Shown here one piece after another: positions 1 to 9,000 of a stretch of DNA of 64,000 nt. The position numbers and the translations under genes were made by a program. The stretch comes from Sphingopyxis sp. GTDB lineage: Bacteria > Pseudomonadota > Alphaproteobacteria > Sphingomonadales > Sphingomonadaceae. How positions within the stretch are numbered: the stretch's first letter is position 1; every line of letters starts with the position of its first letter. The notes under the pieces are model-generated. The model was not told the DNA's origin. It saw only the letters and a list, made by a program, of their open reading frames with translations, and ran no database searches. The stretch covers positions 65,701-129,700 of the forward strand of contig JAIXHQ010000001.1 in the NCBI GenBank assembly GCA_030145715.1, given 5' to 3'.

Positions 1-3000
1 GCCAATTGCTGGTCCAGGAATTGCGCCAGATCGAAGGAAGCCGCGTCATTTGCAGCGGTCTGCACCGCATGGTCCCCGGTCACCGCATCGATCAGATGAT
101 CGACGGCGTTGCCGCCCTCCAACACCTCTGCCAGCACCGCCTGTGCCGCCGGAACCTGTGCCGCCGCGTCGGCGATCACCACAGGCGCTTCGCCCAGCGA
201 CAACAGGCCGTCCATCGTCCCATGATCGGACGCCCCCCGATCCGCGATCATGTCGAACAGCGAGTCCGAACCCCCGGCATCGGCGTCGCCGTTCGATGCG
301 GGAACGGACCGATCCTCCGCCTGATCGATCGCGGCCGCCGCCGTGTCATCGGCATGGGGCGCGGACGACTGCGTGCTGGGGGCCGGTTCCGCTGGGGTCG
401 TCGCCGCGGTGTCGGTTGCCGGCGCCGAACCGACGTCGGTCGATGGGTCGCTCGACGACGGCGCAGCGATCACGTCGCTTTGAACCTGCAACGGATTTTC
501 CTGTTCGACAGGGTTCGGCAATTGGCCGCTGTCCTGCTGCGCGTCCTGAACCATCGCCACCAGCGAGGCTGCGACCAGCGAACTGGTCAGCGCCTGATTG
601 CCGGCCGAACGCTGAAGATCCTCTGCCTCACGCGACGCGCTGCCGGTGCCAAGCTGGCTGTCGAGCTGAACCTCGATATAGCCGCCCGTGCTGCCGTCGG
701 TGCGGGTAAATTCACCGCGCGCCGTTACCGCCTGACCGTCGATCAGTTCCTCGGCCGATGCCGCGCCGACCGCGATCGATGCGATACCCTGATCGGTCAG
801 GCTGGAAAGCTCGCCCGCATCGCTCACGCCGTCGGCATTGGCGTCCTGCCACACCAGCAGCTTTGCAAAGCCCGCGTCATTTGCGTCGATGACACCGTCG
901 CCATTGCCGTCGAGCGAGGCGAGCGCGGCCACACCGCTGGCAAAGCTGCCACCCGCAAAGCCCGGCGTGAAGATTTCGGTCCCGCTGTCGATCGTGCCAT
1001 TGCCGTCCATATCGACCGCGAGGATGCCGTCGTTCGACGAATTCCAGGTCACGCGATCGGCGGCGCCGTCGGCATCGATGTCGAATGCCGCGGTGGCGCC
1101 GAAAGCATAGCCGTCGCCGGTCAGGTCGAGGATGACCGGATCGCTGGCGCCGGTGAAATTATCGTCGCCAAGGTTGCCATAGCCGACGCCGTTGATCGTC
1201 ATGACATGTTCGACGACCGATCCGGCGCCGCTGTTGGAATTGCCGCCGGGATTGGTGGAGTCGGAAATCGTTACCGAATAGATGCCGGCATTGGCGTTGG
1301 CACCCGTTCCCGAATAGACGATGAAGGTATAGGTTCCGGTTGGGATAGCATTGGTCGCGGCCTGAATGAAATCCTCGATCACGCCGCTGTCGCTGTCGTC
1401 GGTCAGCGAGCCCGTCACCCAGTTGCTGTTCACCAACTCGATCACCTCGACACCCGCTGCGATGCTGGTCTGGGCCGATGTCACGGTCACAAACGTGCCA
1501 TCGGTCGAAGAAGCGCCGCCGACGCCGATGTTGATCTTGTCATTCGCGACAGCGAAATTGCTGACCGTGACGACACTATTGTCGCCGGTCGCAACCGCGT
1601 TGTGGTTGAAGATGACCTTGTCCGCCGCACCGTCGCCAGCGCCAAGGTCGACGGTCCAGCCGCGCGGCGTCAGCGCCGCCGCGTTGATCGTGACCGTGTC
1701 GGCCCCCGCCCCGGCGTTGACGGTGCTGCCCGGCCCGGTGCTGGCGGTGATCGCATCGCCATTTGCCGAACCAATGATCGTGATCGCTTCGGCCTGGGCG
1801 CCCAGATTGATCGTCACGCCCGACGCCGCGCCACTGGCCGACACCGTTTCAACACTCGCCAGACCGCTATCGTTACGGCTGTTCAGATCGACTGATGTAG
1901 AGGTCAGCGACAGCGTGTCGGCGCCGCCGCCCAGATCGATCGTGCTACCGCTCGACAGAAGGTCGTCGAGCTGTTCGCCAGTCAGCGTGAACGTATCAGC
2001 AGCCACGGACCCGATGAAATTGATCGTTTCGACGTTCGTGATCGTCGCCAGCGTGGCGCCGGTGATACCCTCGTTGCCGGACACTCGGATGTTCAGCACA
2101 TCGGTGCCGCCGCCCAGATTGACGGTGGTAAAATCTCTCAATTGCTGCATCGACATTGTCACAATATCGTTGCCGCCGCTGCCCGTCAGCGTTTCGACAC
2201 TGGCGATCGTGCCGACCGAAAAATCAGCCGTGGTGGCATTGGCCAGCTCGATCGTGTCGCTGTCGGCCCCACCGTCGATCGATTCACCTGCGATAAACTC
2301 TCCGGTCCCGATCAGGAATATCTCGTTGCCCGCGCCGCCGATCAGCGTATCCGCGCCCGTGCCGCCCGAAATCCGGTCGTTGCCGACCCCGCCGTCGATC
2401 GTGTCATTGCCTTCCTGGCCATAGATGATGTCGGCCCCGGCGCCGCCGTTGATGATGTCGGCGCCGCCGTCACGGCCGCTTTCGCGAGCCAGGACCGCAT
2501 GATTGGCGCGGATATAGGCGACGGTGTCGGCGCGGGTCCAATCCGCGCCGTTATTGGCGGGATCTATACTTTCGTTGTTGCCGCGGTTTTCCAGCGTCTG
2601 GAACACCGCCCAGCCCGATCCGGCCGGCAGGTTGAGGCCTAGCTGGGTTGCCAGCACATCGGTGTAGAGCACGTCGCCCAGGATCACGTCGTCGCCGTCG
2701 CCGCCATTGATCGTGTCGTTGCCCGCCGCGGCAAGATCGCTCGATCCGCCGAGTAACGACAGCGTCGCCGCAAGCTGTTCGGCCGACGTCACGTCCGTCG
2801 CGCTGCCGGTTCCGCCATTGGGGTTGCCGTCTTCGACATTGCTCAGGCGATCCCGCAGTTGCGATCCGACGTTGATGCCGATGGCGTCGATCGAATAACC
2901 TTTACCGATAATCAGTTGCGGTTCGTTCGTGTTGTCGTCGACCGCCAGTATTTGATCCATGGCATCCTGAATATTGCCAGAATCTTCATCACCAGATCCG

Positions 3001-6000
3001 CCAATGCTCCCATTGCTATTATTCCAAAAGGTTGGATTGCCGTCCGAAACGAATACAACCTTGTTCACATCGGCTCCGGCAATGCCGTTATTACCGCTGA
3101 TCCAGGTCAGTGCGTCCTGCAGCCCGTCTTCATAATTGGTGCCCCCACCAGCTGTCATCGAATTGACGGCGGTCTTGGCGTTGGTGATCTGAGTATTCTG
3201 AACGACGCCATTCACGATCAGGTTGAAGGTGCCAAGATTGGAGCCGGAGGTAGCGAAATCGATCACCGTAATGCGGACATTTTGTGCGCCCGATTGCGAC
3301 AGGCTGTCGATCAGGGCGTTCACGCCATTCTTCAACGCCTGAAGCCGCGTGATCGTGCTGCCGCCGAAGGATATCCTATTTTCCATACTGCCCGAGCTGT
3401 CGAGGACGAGAACGATGTTCGCGTCCTGGCCCTGCGTGACGGTGACGGCACCGGGGTCGCCGACGGCGACGTCATTTGCCGATCCGCCGTTGATGACGCC
3501 ATTGGTCGGTCCGCCCGGATTGGGCACGGTGTGGCCGGTGCCGATCCCCGTCGTGTCGCCATCGCTCGACCCGATCAGCAGCAGCGGTGAACTGACATTG
3601 GTCGATGTGATCGCCTGCGTCGCGATCGACTTGTCCCCGTCACCATCGGTGATCTGATAGGTAAAGCCGGCGCTCTGATCGGACGTGCTGGAATTTTCGG
3701 TCGGATCAAACGACCAATTCCCATCGGCCTGAAACTTGTAGGTTCCCTGGCTGTTGGTAATCGTCGTCACCCCGGTCACAGCGATAGGGTCGAAAGTCGC
3801 ACCTCCGTCGAACGACACCCCGGTCAAAGTCGCGCCATCCGCGCCCAGCGTGTCGTTGTCGAGCAGGTTGGTGCCCGCCGTTTCGCCCGCATTCTCGGCC
3901 ACCGTCATCGCCGGACCGGCGGCCGCAACCGGGCCATCGTCGTCGAAGCGGATCTGTGCCGAGATGTCGATGCTGTTCGACGTGGCCTTGTCGCCGTCGC
4001 GATCGGTCGCCGTGACCGCCACACTGATCCGCCCGGCCAACAGCGCGATCTGGTCGTCGGGGTTGGCCATGTTCAGATGTTTCAACGACAGATATTGTTC
4101 GACGCGCACGATGCCCGTCGCGGGATCGATCGCGATCGCGAAGGCGGCCTGGCCGTTGAACGCGCCGCCGCTGACCTGGCCGACGATCACGCCGCCCACA
4201 TTGACAAGGTTGATCGCCGACCCGTCGGTAACCGTCAGGCCCGAAGTCGCGTTCGACACCGTCAGGGCATAGGACAGCGGGTTGCTGGCCGCCGCACCGT
4301 CGGCGCCGTAAATCGGCGTCGCGGTGACCACCGACGCGGCCGTGGTCGCGACGCTGATCGCGCCCGATCCGCCGACATTGGGGTCGTCGCCCTTTTGGAT
4401 ATTGCCCGTGTCGATCGTCGACGCCTGGCTGCTGGTCGCGGTTTCGTCATTCAGCGCAATCGAGTCCGCAGACGACGACGCAGCCAGGGTAACCGACGGA
4501 CCATCGTCACGGAACACGAGGTTCTGGCCGATGTTGACCGTGGCCGCCGCGCTGTCGCCATCGCCATCGGTGATGGTCGCGGTCAGCGTGACCAGATTGT
4601 CGGTCGTCAAAGTCGTCGTGTCGTTCGGGTTGCTGGTATCGCCGTGGCTGACGGCACGGCTCTGGTCGAGCGTGACCGTGCCGTCCGCCGCGACCGAGAC
4701 GGTGAAGGCGACCGCGCCGGCGGTGGTGCCGACCCGGCCGACGACCGCGCCCGATTCCAGGCTGAGGATGATCGCCTGGCCGGTCGCCACATCGACGAGG
4801 CCCGTGGCCCCCGTGTTGATGCCGAGCGCATAGGCTCTCGCGCCACTCGCCGCCTCGCCATCGGCACCAAAGCTGGTGGTGAAGGCCGACGCAAAGCTGG
4901 TGGTGGCATCAATCGTCAGCGTCGTTTCATCGACGGTCAGCGTCGGCTGCGTCGCATTACCCGTCACCGTCGGCGTATCGTCATCGACGTTGATGCTGAG
5001 CGTGCCCGGCACCGCATCGCCATCGGCGTCGGTAACGCCGTAATTGATCGTGAACGACTGATTATTCTCGTCTTGACCCGTCGGATGGTTGATCGGCGCA
5101 TTCTGGGTGACGCTATAGGTGCCATTCGCGGGATTGAGCGTGACCGTCAGCACCGTCGTCGCGCCCTGTTTCACCAACAGGTTGCTGCCCGACAGTTCAT
5201 AGGTGAAGCCGGCGGGCGCGCCCGACGTCTGGAAGGCAAAGCTCAGCGCGCCATCGCCGCCCGACCCGGCGAGCGTGCCCGACGTGTTCACGGCATTGGC
5301 ATCGTCGCCCGTGCCGCCCGCGTTTCCGCCAAGCAACGCATCATCGTCCAGCAGGACGGCCGCGTTGCTCCCCACGATCGGGGTCGCGTCGGCGATGCTG
5401 ATCGTCAGCGTCGCTGTCGTGGTATCGCCGTCGCCATCGCGCAGCGTATAGGTAAAGATGTCGCTGACCCCGCCGGCGGAGCCCGCATTGCGGGTGTAGC
5501 TATAGCTGCCGTCGGCGTTGATCGTCAGCACGCCATATTGGCCATTGACCTGGAAATTGCCCAGTCCATCGGCGGTCGTGTCGCTGTTTGCGGGCACATT
5601 CACGCTCGCGATGGCCGAAACGGCCGCGCCATCGGCGCCGCGCGTGTCGGCGCCCGTGTCGCCATCACCGGCATCGCCGGGCGCGGCATCGGTGATGACG
5701 TTGCCGGTGGCCGGGCCGGTCTGGCCCGCCGCGATGCTGTCGGTGTCGTTCACCGCCGCCGGGACGTCGTCGATGATATTGACCGACAGCGTGCCATTGG
5801 CCGTATCGCCATCGACGTCGCTGACGGTCACGGCCAGATTTTCGTACAGGCTGTTTTCACCGGCACCCGAATGGGTTTCGGCGGCGGTCAGCGTATAGCT
5901 ATAGCTGATCTGGCCCGTCGTCGGATTATAACCGGTGATGTTCAGCGTGTTGCCGAACGGGGTCGTAAAGCTGACCGCGGTAAAGACACCGTTGGTGATG

Positions 6001-9000
6001 ACCGCCGTACCGCCGATCGTCACATCGTCGACGCCATCGGGGGCCGAGATGTTGAAACTGCCGGTCGCCGTCAGCGATTCCTTGCTGACATCGGATCCGG
6101 CGGGCAGATCGTCCTCGTCAACGGTCACATCGCCGCCCTGTGCCTGGGGCGTCAGATTGGTGATAGTGACGCCGTCGTCGGAGCCGGTCAGCGTGATCGT
6201 CAATGTCGCGGGATCGCTGTCGCCGTCCCTGTCCACCAGCGTATATGTAAAGACGTCGGTCAACGTCGCCCCCGGCGCCAGCGCGCCGATCGCCGCCTGA
6301 CCCGCGGAATTCAACGTATAGGTCTGCGTCCCGTCGGGGTTGAGCGTGATCGTGCCATAGGTGCCGGTCAGGCTAGTAAAGCTGCGGCTGAGGAAGCCGT
6401 CGGCGCCATTGCTGTCGTTGGTATCGACGTCAAAGGTGACCGAGGTTGCGCCACCTTCGGTCAGGCCCGCGCTGTCGTCGTTCGCCACCGGCGCATCGTC
6501 CTTGAACACAAGATTCTGGCCGATGTTCGCGGTTGCGGTGGCCGTGTCGCCGTCGCCGTCGGTGACGGTCGCGGTCAACGTGACCAGATTGTCCGCGGAC
6601 AGGCCGGTCGACTGGTCCGGACCGCTGTTCGGGTCGTGACTCACGGCGCGGAGCTGGTCGAGCGTGACCGTGCCGTTCGCCGCGACGCTGACCGTGAAGA
6701 CGAGCTCGTTCGAGGTCGCGGTGCGCCCCTGAACCACGCCGCCGACGACGCTGAGAACGACCGCCTGGTTCGTCATCACATCGACAAGGCCGGTCGAACC
6801 GGCATTGATGCCCAGCGCATAGGTCGTTGCGTTGGCCGTCGCCGCACCGTCAGCGCCAAAAGCCGTGATAAAGACGGATGCGAAGCTGGCCGAGGCATTG
6901 GTCCCGAGCACCGATTCATCGACCGTCAGCGTCGGCTGGACTTCCGCCGTGGTAACCGTCGGTGCGTCATCGTCAAAGCTGATCTGCAACGTCCCCGTCG
7001 CCGTCGATCCGTCGCTATCGACGACCGTGAAGCCCAGCGAGGTCGTGGTGTCATTTTCGTCGCCACCCGGCGCGTGCAGCACATTGTCGACCAGCGTTAC
7101 CTTATAGGCGCCGGTGGCGGGATCGGTCACCTGGACGGTGAACAGCACGCCGCGCGGACCGGTTCCGGTCAGCGTGTTGGTGGCGGCATTCCAGCCAAGC
7201 TGGACCGATTCCTGGCCCACGGTCACGGACTGGCCGCTGATCGCCGCAAAGTTCACCGAACCCGCGCCGTCGCCCCCGAAATTGAGGTTGAGCGTGCCGC
7301 CAAAGGTCGCCTGATTATTGTCGCCGTCGCTGTTCGGATCGGCCAGATCGCCGGTCGTGCTGGCAGCGTTTCCGCCGACGAGCGCATCGTCGTCCACTGA
7401 CGCAAGCGTCGTGCCCGCGGTCGGGACGTTCGCGTCGGTGATGGTAAAGCTGATCGGCGCGCTCGAAAGATCGCCGTCGCCGTCGCGAACAATATAGGTC
7501 GCAGACGCGAGTGCAACGCCGGAGACCGAGGCGTCGGCGGTAAAGCTGTAACTGCCGTCCGCCTTGACCTTGATCGTGCCGGCGCCGATGTCGATCGCCT
7601 GCGAAAAGCCATCATTGCCAAAGACGAGCGCCGTGCCGTTGATCTGGGTGACGGACGCACCGTCGGCGCCCTGAACAAAGTCGAGCGTGCCGGTGACGGT
7701 CGCGCCTTCGCCGACATTCTGGTTCGCTTCGGCCGCGGCAGTCGGGACATCGTCGATGACGATTATGTCGAGGCTGGCGTTCGCGCTCGACCCGTCGCTG
7801 TCGGTGACGGTGACGGGGAAGCTGTCATTGAGCGTGTCTTCGCCCGACACACTATGCCCCAGCGTATTGTCGGCAAGCGTATAGCTGTAGCTGAAGCTGC
7901 CCCCGATGACCGAACCGTCGGCAGCAGTTACGGGGGTAAAGCCGGTGATCGTGACCGTGCCAAGCGCGCTGGTGGTCGTCAGGCCGGGCGTGAACACGCC
8001 GTTCGCCATCACCTGCGCCGATCCAATCGTGACATTGTTCAGGCCGTCGGGCGCATCGACGGTGAAACTGCCCGTCTGGGTCAGTGCCGCCGCATTGGGC
8101 GACGAACCGTCTGACAGATCATCCTCGTTGACGGTTTCTTCCCCGCCGACAAGGCCCAGGCCGGTGATCGTCACACCGTCGTTGGCGCCGTTGATCGTGA
8201 TCGTCAGCGTTGTCGTCGACGGATCGCCATCGCCATCGGTGATCGTATAGCTGAATGTCTCGGTCAGCGTCTGCCCGGCCGAAAGCCCCTGCACCAGCGT
8301 ATTGCCGTTATTCAGAACATAGGAATAGCTGCCGTCGGCATTGAGCGTCAGCGTGCCATAGGCGCCCGCAAGCCCGGTGCCCACTGCGCCCTCCGTGTCG
8401 CCAAAGGCGACCGCCGTGACGCTGGCGCCATCCGCGCCGCGAACGTCGGCAACGCCATCGGTCGCATTGGCATCGTTCCCGCCGCTGCCCGTCAGGACAT
8501 TGCCATTGGCCGTCAGCGGACCGTCCTCGCTCACGCTGTCGACATCGGCGCGCGCGGTCGGGACGTCGTCCACGATGTCGATCACCAGTGTATCGGTCGC
8601 GGCATCGCCGTCGCTGTCGGTCAGGACCACCGTGAAGCCGTCGGATGTGTTGTTGCCCGACGTGTTGCTGGTCAGCGTATAGCTATAGCTGTACGTGCCG
8701 CCGGTCAGCGTCACGGTCAACGTGCCGATCGACGTCGTTACGGTGCCGCCGGCGGTCACATCGACACCATTGATGACCAGCGAACCGACGCTGTCATTGC
8801 CGGTGGTCAACGCAAAGCTGCCCGTGGCGGTTTCGCTGTTCGATGCGGCATTGGATCCGATCGGCAGGCCAGCCTCTTCCACGCTGTTATCGGCGCCGAC
8901 ATTGATCGTCGGAACCGAGTCCGTTGCAAGCGTCACCGTCACCGTCGCGGTCGATGTGTCTCCATCGCGATCCGTGATCCTATAGATAAAGCTGTCGCTG

